Of a DNA stretch of 64,000 nt, positions 44,681 to 55,577 are shown in pieces. Both the position numbers and the translations under genes were made by a program. The notes under the pieces are model-generated. The model was not told the origin of the DNA. It saw only the letters and a program-made list of their open reading frames with translations, and made no database searches. Numbering within the stretch: position 1 is the first letter of the stretch; every line of letters begins with the position of its first letter. Where the stretch lies: IMG/VR virus record IMGVR_UViG_3300030101_003884; one strand, written 5' to 3'. This stretch comes from an uncultured virus (IMG/VR IMGVR_UViG_3300030101_003884) (lineage: Duplodnaviria > Heunggongvirae > Uroviricota > Caudoviricetes).

Positions 44681-45628
44681 CTAATTAACTCGTAAGAATC
44701 TATATCTTATTTCTCCATTACCACCTGAAGCACCGTTTGTAGCACCACCCCCCGTCACTTGAGCAGCTCCACCTCCACCTCCAGATCCCCTTGTTCCCGC
44801 AGATCCAGCAGTGCCTGATCCAGAAGATGAGCCTCCAGACCCTCCTGCAATATTTCCAGCATATGAATCTCCACCGTCAAAACCACTTATTCTACAATTA
44901 TCTCCACCACAGTTTCCAGAACCTGATAAATCTCCTGCAGCACCATTACCTGATTGATTAAATGAACCTACAGGTCCTGAAGTATTTGTAGTTACAGCTT
45001 TTGTTGTTCCATCACTATCTCTGAAATTACCTGAAGTAACTGCAGTGCCTCCAATAGTTGCTGATCCCGCTGTACCTGCTGTGTTAGTTCTTAAAGGTCC
45101 TTGTACTCCACCACCTGTCCCAGATGATCCACCACCAGCACCTAATGTAAATAATGATCCAGCTGAAGATCCCGATAATGTAGTATTAGTACCTGCTGAA
45201 GCTATTCTTGGTTGACTAAAATTACCTGTTTGGTTTCCTGCAGCACCTCCACTACCAATAGAAAAAGATAGTGTTTCACCTTCAGTGACAGAAAATATTT
45301 TGTCAGATATGTAAGCACCTGAGCCACCTCCTGCTCCTGCAGATTCTCCATTAGCTTTATCATAACTTGCACCACCAGCAGCACCACCTCCGCCACCAAC
45401 GGCAGCTTGAATGTGAATTGAATTAGCGTTATCAGGCACTGTAAATGTTCCTGAACCGGAACTTAGTGTTTGAATTGAACCAGGTGTAAAAGCTGCAAAT
45501 ACTAATTTCCAAACACCTGATACTTTTGCATATATTTCATCTGCTTCTTGCCAAGTGCCAGATACTTTTGCAAAAGCATTTTGAATTTCTCTAAATGTTC
45601 CTGAAACTTTACCAAAGGTATTGGCCAT
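44681..45628 (-). CDS. Glycine-rich tail-tip/adhesin protein
   Basis: KVSGxW repeats, GTFTVP, GGGGG tracts. Confidence 0.65.
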   Translation of the reverse strand: MANTFGKVSGTFREIQNAFAKVSGTWQEADEIYAKVSGVWKLVFAAFTPGSIQTLSSGSGTFTVPDNANSIHIQAAVGGGGGAAGGASYDKANGESAGAGGGSGAYISDKIFSVTEGETLSFSIGSGGAAGNQTGNFSQPRIASAGTNTTLSGSSAGSLFTLGAGGGSSGTGGGVQGPLRTNTAGTAGSATIGGTAVTSGNFRDSDGTTKAVTTNTSGPVGSFNQSGNGAAGDLSGSGNCGGDNCRISGFDGGDSYAGNIAGGSGGSSSGSGTAGSAGTRGSGGGGGAAQVTGGGATNGASGGNGEIRYRFLRVN

Positions 45629-45636
45629 GTAAACTC

Positions 45637-46308
45637 CTATGAATATTTAAACCAAATATCTCCGTCACTTCCACCAGAAGGAGAAGACGTGCTTATTGTA
45701 AATTTTCTTTGTAATTTATCAGCAGTAACAGCATCATTTGCTATTTTGGCTGTGGTCACATTAGCATTTGAAATGTTTACTGTTAAAACTGCATTATCAG
45801 CAATTGCCGAGCTGACCACGGCATCGTCAGCAATTTTTGCACTGGTTACAGCATCGTCAGCAATTTGAGCTGTGCCAATAGTTCCCCCTAAAGTATCTAA
45901 AGAAACTTCATTTAAATTTGTGCCGTCAGCATAAGCTGCATAAATTTTTGAAGCATCTAATGTAAACCCTGTACCAGATGCAGTCTTAATAGTCAGATTT
46001 GTTGGATTAGTTATAGCAGTGCAATCAAAGATATAAAATTTTTCTATTGAATCTGGTATAGTAACTGTCGTTGCACCAGAAAGAGTAATAGTTGCAAATT
46101 TTATTACCATATTTCTTGCAGTTGAAATAGATGCATTACTCATAACTAAAGCTGTTGTAGATCCACTTGAAAGTGAAATTGATTCAAAACCAGCGATTGC
46201 TTGTTGAACAAGTTCTAAATTTGTATTTGTTTTAGTTCCCCACGTTCCGGCATTCTCACCGGTAGCCATGAGTTCTAATTTAAGATCTGATGAAAATGTT
46301 GATGCCAT
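45637..46308 (-). CDS. Tail fibre/adaptor protein
   Basis: GENAGTWG; (V)TxAKIAD repeats; GSDGDIWF. Confidence 0.65.
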   Translation of the reverse strand: MASTFSSDLKLELMATGENAGTWGTKTNTNLELVQQAIAGFESISLSSGSTTALVMSNASISTARNMVIKFATITLSGATTVTIPDSIEKFYIFDCTAITNPTNLTIKTASGTGFTLDASKIYAAYADGTNLNEVSLDTLGGTIGTAQIADDAVTSAKIADDAVVSSAIADNAVLTVNISNANVTTAKIANDAVTADKLQRKFTISTSSPSGGSDGDIWFKYS

Positions 46309-46328
46309 AATTATGTATTATACTCTTT

Positions 46329-46910
46329 TTAAGCTGCCTTATCAACTTCAGTCCAAGTGTTAGAAACCCCATTATTTACGTTAGTCCAAGTGTTAGAAAC
46401 GCCTTTATTTACTTCAATCCAAGTATTTGTTACATTCGGATCAACATTAGCCCACGCAATAATAAAAGGATTACCAGTGCTTCCTGTTAATTCTATTCCT
46501 GTTGGAAACACATTTGCATTAGCTGTTACAGTAGCACTATTTATTGATGTAACTAATTGTTGTCCAGTTGCTGTAACCTCAACATCTATCTGAACTGAAG
46601 ATTGTCCAAGACCTGCAGTTAATTGGCTACCTGTTACATTTACATTTGCATCTCCTTTGACTAATTGCAGAGCACCAACAGATGTAGTCATGTCATGCTC
46701 GGTCACAACAACACTTACATTACCATCAGCACTTACTGAAAAAGTCCCTAATGATAAACCTAACTGTTGACCTCCTAAAGCAACTTCTATATTAGGTAAT
46801 ATTTGTTGACCTAAACTTGCGGTCAATTGTATTCCTGTTACTTGTACTGAAGCATTAGTTCCACCTAACGCTGCAATAGGAGATTGTGCTATTGCGGTTA
46901 TTCCGAGCAT
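46329..46910 (-). CDS. Tail structural protein
   Basis: VTGxQL repeats; three NTWx(E/N)V repeats. Confidence 0.6.
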   Translation of the reverse strand: MLGITAIAQSPIAALGGTNASVQVTGIQLTASLGQQILPNIEVALGGQQLGLSLGTFSVSADGNVSVVVTEHDMTTSVGALQLVKGDANVNVTGSQLTAGLGQSSVQIDVEVTATGQQLVTSINSATVTANANVFPTGIELTGSTGNPFIIAWANVDPNVTNTWIEVNKGVSNTWTNVNNGVSNTWTEVDKAA

Positions 46911-46950
46911 TAATTAATATTCCTTATATATTTTCTAAAGAGTGATATTA

Positions 46951-47238
46951 CTACCACTCTTTAGTTTTAGATACAGTTTCCGGGTTTTTTTGTGCTTCGA
47001 TTTGTGCATCGAGATTAGCCTTCATCTCGTCTTCAGTTTGTTCTTGATTTTCAAGAACACAAGTTACACAATGCTCTTTAGTCATAGCATCAAAATCCAT
47101 GCCATCAGAACCTGCACAAGAGCCATACATAGATGCAGAATATTCTCCATCAACTGCTGTATATCTCCAATGTATTGTCTTTACTTTGTTCTCTGAATCA
47201 CATTCAAAGTTAGGGAAAGACCATTCGTAGTTTGCCAT
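46951..47238 (-). CDS. Tail-fibre-associated small protein
   Basis: VKTIHWRY; follows fibre gene; AGGAGG RBS. Confidence 0.55.
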   Translation of the reverse strand: MANYEWSFPNFECDSENKVKTIHWRYTAVDGEYSASMYGSCAGSDGMDFDAMTKEHCVTCVLENQEQTEDEMKANLDAQIEAQKNPETVSKTKEW

Positions 47239-47254
47239 ATTTCCTCCTTATATG

Positions 47255-49900
47255 TTATGGGTTATTAGCTTCTAGTGTTGTTATTCTAGCTTCTAATTCT
47301 GTATTTTTAGCTTCAAGTGTTTCAATTCTTTCCATAGCTTCTTGCAAAGCCTTTACTGATTTCATCCAAATCATAGAGTATTTAACTGTTTTTACTTTTT
47401 CTTTTATTTCTTTAATTTCTCCAGCAGTTTCAATTCCATTTTTTACTTCTTCATCATCCTCTGTCCATAAAGTTCCGAAACTTGAATCTGATTTAATACA
47501 ACTAATATCAGGATTTGACATTTCTATTAAACCATTCATTCCAGCAGATTCAACATCTTGTGCTACAACACCAAGCTCTTTAAGAGCATTATCGCCATCA
47601 TCTCTAACAGCTTGTTTCTTTTTAAAGTTTTTAAACTTTAGTGCTTTAATATCATCCCATTGTGAATTTGCGTCAACAATATCTTGTTTGATTCTTTCAT
47701 CAGATATAGATGAAATTGTAGTATTTACAGCTTGAATAGTACCACCGTCAGTAACAATAAATTTATTTGCAACACCAGATATTGCACATCTAATAAATTC
47801 ATAAGTTCCATTAGTTGTATTTCTAGCACTTTGAAATCTTGCAACTATACCACTAAATGTTGTGTCAGTTTTAGTATGGTGTACTTCTAAGCAACGACCT
47901 GTTGTTACTCTATTATCAGCAACTGAAATATTAACTGCATCTGATGATGTAGAAGTTGTGCCAATACCAACATTACCAGAACTGTCGATAACAAATCTAG
48001 TAGCAAAACTTGCTGATACATCTCTAATTTGTAATCCATCATAAATATCCATTCCAAATCTGTTTAAACCAATATATCCAATTCTTGAATTAGGTTTAGT
48101 AGATGTACTAATATAAAGTTGAGAAGTATCTGATGCAGGGCCTCTAACTTCTAAATTTCCATTTGGTGATGTAGTTCCGATACCTACGTTTTGATTATGG
48201 TCAATAACCATAGCCGTTAATAAATTTGGTCCACCAGAGGCATCACTTGTTTGAAAACGTAAACTTGATGTATGTAATGCACCAGGTTCTGTAATATGTA
48301 TTCTTGCTGTTGCACTACTATTTCTAGCAAAACTTAAAGCAGCATCAGTATGAGTGCTATTTGAAATAGTTATTCCGCCTACACCTCTACCAGAACCATT
48401 TACCTCTAATAAATCTTGAGGTGCTATATCTCCAATACCAATTTTTCCGTCTGATAAAATCCTCATCCGTTCACTAGCATTAGTTCCATCTCCTGTAGTG
48501 TTAGTTTTAAAAACTAAATTTCCATAAGCATTAAAATAATTTTGTGTACTATCAGTTTGGATATGTATACCATTACTGGTAATATTATTACCTCTTGTAA
48601 GTCTAAGTCCACCAGAACCAGAGAAATCAAAAATATGTAATCTTCCTACAGGACTGCCAGTCGATATACCTACTTTGCCATCACTTCCTTGTAAAAAGAA
48701 AGAATTAGAATTAGTGTCACTTTCAACTCTGAAATCTACGTCTGCACCATCTTCATTAAAAACAGCTGAACCTCTTACATCAAGTTTAGCATTTGGAGAT
48801 GAAGTTCCGATACCAACATTTCCAGATTGAGTAATGAGTAATCTTGTAGTTGCACTAGATTGAGCATCATCTTGACTTTGAAGTTGTAAGTTACCACCAT
48901 CTACTCTAACTTGAAAATTCTCATTTGCATTACCATTTGTTTCTTTTAAAAACATTGTTGGTCTTTGACCTTCGAGACAAAGCTGTTGAAAGTCAGTATT
49001 AAAAATATGTAATTTATTTATTGGTGATGAAGTTCCGATACCTAATCCAGTGGCAGTTAATCTCATTTTTTCTGAACCATTAACATTAAATCGTTGAGTT
49101 CCAGACATATCTAATATTATTTTTTCATTAGCATCAGATGTTTGTAAGGTTAAATCATTTGCACCAGATAGAGTTGTTGTAACTGTTGCACCAGAAGATG
49201 TTGTTTCAAATTTTTCTGAATTATCATGGTAAAGTTTTACTCCAGCATCTTCACTTGCAAGAATTAAAGTTTCTGATGTTCCACCACTTCCACTTGTAAC
49301 TGAAAAAGCTCTTGAACTGTCATTATCATCAGTATCAATATTAATATTTAAACTTTCTTTAGTATTAATATTCATTCCATCGGCAACATTAAATGTGAAA
49401 TCTCCAGTAGAAGTTATAGCACCAGTTGTTAATGTTCCAGTTACATCAACACCAGCAGATGTGGTTTCAAATTTCTTAATACCATCATGGTAAAGAAAAA
49501 CACCACTGCCAGTTCTGAATACTGCTTTAGATGCTGAACCAGCAGTATTTTGAATTGCTACATCAGCATCAGCACGAAGAATTAAATTACCAGTACCAGT
49601 ATCATCTATTCTTGAATTAGAACCATCATGATAAATTTGTAAATCTGAACCTGCTCCAAAAATAGCTTTTTTATTATCACCTAGTAAAATATCTTCTGTA
49701 AATGTAACGTCTTCGTCACTTGAAATTGTAATTGCAACCGATGTTGCATTGTCATCGATCCCCGCTGAAGTAAAACCGGTAACCGAACCTGCGATAGCTA
49801 ATGTGGCTCCACTAGGTATAGTAAAGGTGTCACCACTGTCACCTAACGTGACAGCAGTGCCTGATCTTGGACTGAGTTTATTTACTTTTATTTCACTCAT
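47255..49900 (-). CDS. Tail fibre 3 with C-terminal Peptidase_S74-like intramolecular chaperone
   Basis: GNVGIGTxSP repeats; SDERIKQDI...GVVAQDV...coiled coil. Confidence 0.85.
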   Translation of the reverse strand: MSEIKVNKLSPRSGTAVTLGDSGDTFTIPSGATLAIAGSVTGFTSAGIDDNATSVAITISSDEDVTFTEDILLGDNKKAIFGAGSDLQIYHDGSNSRIDDTGTGNLILRADADVAIQNTAGSASKAVFRTGSGVFLYHDGIKKFETTSAGVDVTGTLTTGAITSTGDFTFNVADGMNINTKESLNINIDTDDNDSSRAFSVTSGSGGTSETLILASEDAGVKLYHDNSEKFETTSSGATVTTTLSGANDLTLQTSDANEKIILDMSGTQRFNVNGSEKMRLTATGLGIGTSSPINKLHIFNTDFQQLCLEGQRPTMFLKETNGNANENFQVRVDGGNLQLQSQDDAQSSATTRLLITQSGNVGIGTSSPNAKLDVRGSAVFNEDGADVDFRVESDTNSNSFFLQGSDGKVGISTGSPVGRLHIFDFSGSGGLRLTRGNNITSNGIHIQTDSTQNYFNAYGNLVFKTNTTGDGTNASERMRILSDGKIGIGDIAPQDLLEVNGSGRGVGGITISNSTHTDAALSFARNSSATARIHITEPGALHTSSLRFQTSDASGGPNLLTAMVIDHNQNVGIGTTSPNGNLEVRGPASDTSQLYISTSTKPNSRIGYIGLNRFGMDIYDGLQIRDVSASFATRFVIDSSGNVGIGTTSTSSDAVNISVADNRVTTGRCLEVHHTKTDTTFSGIVARFQSARNTTNGTYEFIRCAISGVANKFIVTDGGTIQAVNTTISSISDERIKQDIVDANSQWDDIKALKFKNFKKKQAVRDDGDNALKELGVVAQDVESAGMNGLIEMSNPDISCIKSDSSFGTLWTEDDEEVKNGIETAGEIKEIKEKVKTVKYSMIWMKSVKALQEAMERIETLEAKNTELEARITTLEANNP

Positions 49901-50112
49901 TTAGATTCAGTCTTAACCTCTTCTTCTTTCATTTCTTCAGGTAGATGTTGTTTTAATATATCTAAGTAATGTTTTAACAAGATATCGTTATGGCTAAATC
50001 TAACCTTTAACTGATTTTGATCCTGATTTATTACTTGGATATTATTCAACGCAACTTTACCTTCATCAGAAAGTTTAGTTTCATCGTACTTTTTATCGTC
50101 TATAGTTATCAT
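49897..50112 (-). CDS. Tail-fibre-associated small protein
   Basis: ITIDDKKYDETKLSDEGK; AGGAG RBS. Confidence 0.6.
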   Translation of the reverse strand: MITIDDKKYDETKLSDEGKVALNNIQVINQDQNQLKVRFSHNDILLKHYLDILKQHLPEEMKEEEVKTESK

Positions 50113-50130
50113 ATTTTCTCCTTAAAATTA

Positions 50131-50385
50131 CTATATATTATCTTGTGTCAATTTAAAAGTTTCATAGTCAGCTTTTACTTTATCTGTCCAGACTGCGTTA
50201 CATACTGCTTGAACCTCTGAGTGTTCATTAGATATATCTGCGTCTGGCATCAAAGCATGTCTATGATACTTTCTTGATAATTCTTCAGCATCTTCCATAA
50301 TTACAGTATCTGTTCGCACTTGAACTGATTTGTATTTTCCGACCACTTCGATTTTACCAATCTGTGTCTCTTTAGTTATTGCCAT
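50131..50385 (-). CDS. Tail fibre assembly chaperone-like protein
   Basis: VQVRTDT...YHRH...VQAVCNAVWT, directly after the fibre that lacks S74. Confidence 0.6.
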   Translation of the reverse strand: MAITKETQIGKIEVVGKYKSVQVRTDTVIMEDAEELSRKYHRHALMPDADISNEHSEVQAVCNAVWTDKVKADYETFKLTQDNI

Positions 50386-50403
50386 GTGTTGTCTCCTTTG
50401 TTG

Positions 50404-52530
50404 TTAAGTTGTTTTGTAAATTAATAATGCGTTTATTCTATTATGACCTGAACCTGTACTCATATTAGATGGTGTTATGTTATTATAAAGGTTTGTATCA
50501 GTGAAAAGAAGATCAGCTGAAGTTGCATTTTGATTACCTAAAATATTTCTAGGTGCATTAGTAATCCAACCATTTTGATTTGAAACAGAGCCTACACCTA
50601 AACTTGCATTAACATTTTCTACAGTAAAGGGTAATCCAGCTATTCTTAAAAGACCACTTGCTGTTCCAACAGAAAGTGATGATGTTCTTATAAATATATA
50701 AGCAAAGACTATATCTCCAATTTTTGTATAACGACCTACTTGATTTTGATAAGCTATACTTGAAAATGAACCACTAGTAGATACATAAGTTGGAGTAAAA
50801 TTTCCTTCTTCGTAATCGTCTAATTTGTTTGATGTGCCTGTGCCACCAAGAAATACACCACCACCTAAGTATAGGTCTTTAAATCTTGAAGATGATGCTC
50901 CTAAATCATGTAAACCATCAGAACTTCCACCAGAAGATGTTGATGGTAAAACTGCATTACTTACAAGATGAATACCACAACCATTATTTAATGACGTTCC
51001 AAAAGCAATACCACTTGATGTACTTGATATTAAACCTCTTACAGCACCATCTTTTCTAAAATATTGGATTATACCTTCACTATTTAATCTATTAAGATTA
51101 ACCATGTCACCTTCTTTGGTAACAAATAATTCTCCACTATTTCTTAATACAACTCCTGCACCAGTAAGACCTGTACCAGTTTTTCCCACCAATAAATTTC
51201 CAGATGAGTCGATACGCATACGTTCTGAAGAGTTCGTATAAATTATTAATGGTGTTGAACCTACTGCTTCAATAAAAGCTGAACTAGCATCTGCACCAAA
51301 AGTTGCTGATTTACCACTTGTTCTAACTGTTCTTAAATAACTATTATTTCCACTTCCTGATAATTCAATTCCAAAACTTGGCGATGTAGTTCCGATACCA
51401 ACTTGACCAGATGAATTGATACGCATACGCTCTAAAATATCACCACTAGAACCTCTTGTTCCAAGTTGTAAATATCCAGCACTTCCACTAGAACTTTCTT
51501 GTCTACCTGAAATACTTGCTCTTCTAAAACCAGTATTTCCTAAAGTTAATTGTCCTCCAGCATTTATAGTATTTGTTTCTGAAGTTTTAATTAATAAATT
51601 TCCATTAGAGCCAGTAGATGTAGAACTGCTTACTATTTCTAATTTTACACTTGGAGATGTAGTTCCAATACCAACATTACCAGATGAATTGATAGTTAAA
51701 GCTCTTGAACCATCAACATCAAAAACCATTTCATCTGATGCATGATTATAACGAACACTAGCAACATTATTTGAATTAACATCTCCAAAAATTAAACCAC
51801 CTTGACTAGTTGTTCCTGATAAAATTGTAATACCAGAATTACCATTATTTTCAGCAACGATTTGTCTGTAATTACTATTTGCATCTCTAACTGAACTTGA
51901 TTGAACAACTAAATTACCATTAGGTGATGTAGTTCCAATACCAACTTTTCCATCTGATAAGATACGCATACGTTCTGTATTATTAGTTTGAAATGTTAAA
52001 GAACTATTTTTAACTTGATTAATACGCATTAATCCAGCAGATGAAAAATTGATACTTCCCATAGCACCAGAACCATCTCTAAGTGATATTGATGGTGTAG
52101 CATTTGTTCCATGAGCGCCACCATCTTGAATAATTAATGTAGGTTCTGAACTAAATATATGTAATAAACTTGATGGACTAGCTGTTCCAATTCCAACTCT
52201 GTCATTTGAACTATCAACTTTTAATGTGCTTGTATCAACTGTAACGTCTCCACTGATAGTAGCTGAAGTCAAAGTTCCAAGAGAAGTAATCGTTGGTTGA
52301 GCTGCTTCTATATTTAAAGTTACATCACCTGACGATCCGCCTCCTGACAAACCTGTCCCTGCAACAACTGATGAAATATCGCCAGGTAGAGCACTCCCAT
52401 TATTTTGTAAAGTTCCAACAATATTTACAGTATCACCGGATGCACCAATTGTAATAGTATTAGAATTTTCATTAATAATATTATTACCGTCTTGATCCTG
52501 AATTGTGTCTACTTTAATTATTGACGACAT
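50404..52530 (-). CDS. Tail fibre 2
   Basis: ERMRI/VGIGTTSP repeats; LDDYEEG...GRYTKIG...GLPF C-terminal domain. Confidence 0.85.
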   Translation of the reverse strand: MSSIIKVDTIQDQDGNNIINENSNTITIGASGDTVNIVGTLQNNGSALPGDISSVVAGTGLSGGGSSGDVTLNIEAAQPTITSLGTLTSATISGDVTVDTSTLKVDSSNDRVGIGTASPSSLLHIFSSEPTLIIQDGGAHGTNATPSISLRDGSGAMGSINFSSAGLMRINQVKNSSLTFQTNNTERMRILSDGKVGIGTTSPNGNLVVQSSSVRDANSNYRQIVAENNGNSGITILSGTTSQGGLIFGDVNSNNVASVRYNHASDEMVFDVDGSRALTINSSGNVGIGTTSPSVKLEIVSSSTSTGSNGNLLIKTSETNTINAGGQLTLGNTGFRRASISGRQESSSGSAGYLQLGTRGSSGDILERMRINSSGQVGIGTTSPSFGIELSGSGNNSYLRTVRTSGKSATFGADASSAFIEAVGSTPLIIYTNSSERMRIDSSGNLLVGKTGTGLTGAGVVLRNSGELFVTKEGDMVNLNRLNSEGIIQYFRKDGAVRGLISSTSSGIAFGTSLNNGCGIHLVSNAVLPSTSSGGSSDGLHDLGASSSRFKDLYLGGGVFLGGTGTSNKLDDYEEGNFTPTYVSTSGSFSSIAYQNQVGRYTKIGDIVFAYIFIRTSSLSVGTASGLLRIAGLPFTVENVNASLGVGSVSNQNGWITNAPRNILGNQNATSADLLFTDTNLYNNITPSNMSTGSGHNRINALLIYKTT

Positions 52531-54653
52531 TATGCGTTCTCCAATTCTGTTATTCTAGTTTCTAATTCTTCAATTTTAGTTATTGCTTCTTGTAATGCTT
52601 TTGTTAAAACTGGAACTAATTTAGCTTGGTCTATACCTTGTGGTTGAATACTACCATCTTCATTAACAGCATTTTTTTCTCCAGTAATTGCTTCTGGAAC
52701 AATATCAGATACCTCATGTGCAATAAAACCATCTACTGTTGTATCTGCATCTGCAATAAAATTAAATCTTGCAGGTTTTAATTGTTTAAGTCTTGTTGTT
52801 GCATCAAAATCATAATTTACATTTTCTTTTAATCTGTAATCTGAAGATGTATTAAAAGCTGTTCCTGTATTTGAAGTAGTAATTGAACCTACTAAAGATT
52901 GACCGTTAGTAAACATTTTTGCAAAATAATGTGGGCCAGCTGTTGCTGACATATTTTGAGTTGCTAAAAAGGAATAATCATTACTAGGTAATTCAGCTAC
53001 AATTTTATGTGCTGTATCAAAAAATGTACTACCTCCACTTCTTAAAGTATGTAATTGTCCTGTGGCTTCGATACGTATAACTGCATCACCAGAAGAAAAT
53101 GAATTTGTGTCATTAGCATTATCAGACATAAATTTAAAAGCACCTCTCCCATTACCTGCAGTACGTTCAAATAATATTGCACCTTTTGGAGCATAAGCTG
53201 TTGTTTCACTATCGTCTGAAACTTGAAATCCAATTCCAGCAGAACCACTTCCACCAGTTTGATTATTTAATAAAAGTTGAGTAGATATGTTTGAGCCATT
53301 AGATTCTTTACTGTGAATTAAATCTGTAGGCGATGAAGTTCCAATACCAACGTTACCACTTGTTGTAACAGTAATTTTTGGACTACCTAAACCAAAAGCA
53401 TTTGATAATACCCAAGAATCAGAATTATCTCCATCTATACCCATTGAAAAAACATTTGCGTCATTATCTGTTACTATAAACGCATCACTATTTGTACCTG
53501 TAGCTTCTGCTCTAATTGAAGCAGATACACCATCGGTTCCTTGAATATGTGCTTTGTATGATGGCGATGAAGTTCCAATTCCCACCAACCCTGCTGATGT
53601 GATACGCATACGTTCTTGACCAGCCGCAGCAAATTGCAATGCACGACTGCTATGAGTATATTGAATCCAAGAATCAAATTGATTAGAGCTATCAGCAAAA
53701 TAAATTGCACCACTAGCTGTATCACTAGAAGCAATAGTTATTCCAGTATTACCATTATTTTCTAAGACTAATTCATCTGCGTTTTGATGAACTGAAGCAC
53801 CAACATCAGCAGTTTTAACATGAAGTTTACCTAGAGGTGCAGATTCTCCGATACCAACATTACCATTTCCTTTAATACGCATACGTTCTGAACCACCAGT
53901 TTGAAAAAACATCTCACCTGATTCTGCATCTAAACCAAAATCAGAACTACTACCCATTCTTATTTGACCAATAACTGTTCCATTGTTTGCTAAATTAGTA
54001 AATGAACTATTTGCAAAACCTGTATTTAAATCTATATGAAGTGGTGCAGCTGGAGATGAAGTTCCTATACCCACCAATCCTGCTGATGTGATACGCATAC
54101 GTTCTGCACTATTAACTTGAAAAAGCATATGGTCATGATTGTGTTCATATTGGATACCACCACTATAGGTACTAGCATCATCTCCAAATCTTATTTGTCC
54201 ATAACTTGAATCAGCTGAAGCAAGATAAATTTCTGTTCCACCAGAATTTTCTAAAGTTAAAGTAGATGCTGTTCTTGATACAAAACCAGTTAAAGAACTT
54301 TTTGTAATATGTAATGGAGTTTTTGGGTCAACTGTACCAATACCAACTTTCTCTTGATTAGTTATAGTTATAGCAGTAGCATCAGCATTATCATCTATAC
54401 CAGTTGATGTGAAACCTGTAAGTGTCCCTGTTGAAGTAATCGTTGGTTGAGAAGATTCAATATTTAAAGTTACAGCTCCTGTTGTACCACCACCTGATAA
54501 ACCTGTGCCAGCTACAACTGAACTAATATCTCCTGGAAGAGGTGAACCATTACTTTGTAATGTACCAACTAAATTAATAGTATCACCACTATCACCGATT
54601 GTAAGTGTAGTTCCAGATTGTGGTATTACTTTATCTACTTCTACTTGACTCAT
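52530..54653 (-). CDS. Tail fibre 1 with C-terminal Peptidase_S74-like chaperone
   Basis: ERMRI/VGIGTSSP repeats; SDYRLKEN...GFIAHEV. Confidence 0.85.
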   Translation of the reverse strand: MSQVEVDKVIPQSGTTLTIGDSGDTINLVGTLQSNGSPLPGDISSVVAGTGLSGGGTTGAVTLNIESSQPTITSTGTLTGFTSTGIDDNADATAITITNQEKVGIGTVDPKTPLHITKSSLTGFVSRTASTLTLENSGGTEIYLASADSSYGQIRFGDDASTYSGGIQYEHNHDHMLFQVNSAERMRITSAGLVGIGTSSPAAPLHIDLNTGFANSSFTNLANNGTVIGQIRMGSSSDFGLDAESGEMFFQTGGSERMRIKGNGNVGIGESAPLGKLHVKTADVGASVHQNADELVLENNGNTGITIASSDTASGAIYFADSSNQFDSWIQYTHSSRALQFAAAGQERMRITSAGLVGIGTSSPSYKAHIQGTDGVSASIRAEATGTNSDAFIVTDNDANVFSMGIDGDNSDSWVLSNAFGLGSPKITVTTSGNVGIGTSSPTDLIHSKESNGSNISTQLLLNNQTGGSGSAGIGFQVSDDSETTAYAPKGAILFERTAGNGRGAFKFMSDNANDTNSFSSGDAVIRIEATGQLHTLRSGGSTFFDTAHKIVAELPSNDYSFLATQNMSATAGPHYFAKMFTNGQSLVGSITTSNTGTAFNTSSDYRLKENVNYDFDATTRLKQLKPARFNFIADADTTVDGFIAHEVSDIVPEAITGEKNAVNEDGSIQPQGIDQAKLVPVLTKALQEAITKIEELETRITELENA

Positions 54654-55102
54654 TATATAGTTACCAATGTTCCTGTTATAGTTAATGTTGCTGTTATTGT
54701 AACGGGCCCTGCTAATACTCCAGAATCCATTGTTTGATCTTCTGAAATAGTTGAAGCATGGGTGACTACATATTTAGTAGCTTCCATTACTGGTGAAATT
54801 GTTTTTTTAGCAGGTATTGTGCAAAATACATCTTTGTCGCCTGCAGTAAAATTAACAAGGTTATCAGAGTTTGATGAAGATATAGGTGTACTTCTAACAA
54901 GTGTACTTGTAGCAGTTAAAGTACCTTCACCAACTTCAAAATTATTTGAACCTGATTGTACAATAGCGTAATAAGTTGTATTACCAACTCCTACACCACT
55001 AGAAAAACTTTCAAAGCCTTGAGAGGCACCTGCTAAAGTAAAGTTTCCTGTACCTTGTGTGGTGCTTGTCTCTTTTACCCTATCGTTAATGACAAGTGCC
55101 AT
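54653..55102 (-). CDS. Tail fibre attachment/structural protein
   Basis: DRVKETSTTQGTG...EVGEG...KDVFCT. Confidence 0.6.
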   Translation of the reverse strand: MALVINDRVKETSTTQGTGNFTLAGASQGFESFSSGVGVGNTTYYAIVQSGSNNFEVGEGTLTATSTLVRSTPISSSNSDNLVNFTAGDKDVFCTIPAKKTISPVMEATKYVVTHASTISEDQTMDSGVLAGPVTITATLTITGTLVTI

Positions 55103-55111
55103 CTACTTTAC

Positions 55112-55558
55112 CTATGCTAATCTTAATATTGCAGCTGAAGTAGTAAATGCAGGAAATTGAATTGTGAATGTTCCTGCTGTTGCAGTCTTGTCTCCACCAA
55201 AATCTAAAACACAAACTGCATCGGTAGTATTAGAACCACCATCAGTTGTTGTATTATAAATTAATGCACCTCTTGCAGTTAGAGTAACACCAGTAAATGA
55301 TAAATCTGCGAAATCAGTTATTGCTACTCCAGATGATACTTTAACACCTTGGTTTACTAAAGTACCCCCACCAGCAGAATATTGTCCTGAAGCAGCTACT
55401 TCATTACTTGTAGTGTAATTTTCTGTTGAAGCACCTATTGATGCTGATGATGTATACATCGCTAATTTGTAAGTATCTGACGATGTATCAAAATCATGTT
55501 TTCCTTGTAGTAATTCTTTTTTGAAAGAATTACAAATTGCGTTTGTTGTTATTGCCAT
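55112..55558 (-). CDS. Virion structural protein
   Basis: CNSFKKELL...ARGALIYN...LDFGGDKT. Confidence 0.6.
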   Translation of the reverse strand: MAITTNAICNSFKKELLQGKHDFDTSSDTYKLAMYTSSASIGASTENYTTSNEVAASGQYSAGGGTLVNQGVKVSSGVAITDFADLSFTGVTLTARGALIYNTTTDGGSNTTDAVCVLDFGGDKTATAGTFTIQFPAFTTSAAILRLA

Positions 55559-55577
55559 TTTAATCTCCTTTTAAATT

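Noticed and set aside
47255..54653. Diversity-generating retroelement or invertible shufflon
   Set aside because: No reverse transcriptase or invertase ORF, no adenine-specific TR/VR pair, and repeats are all direct
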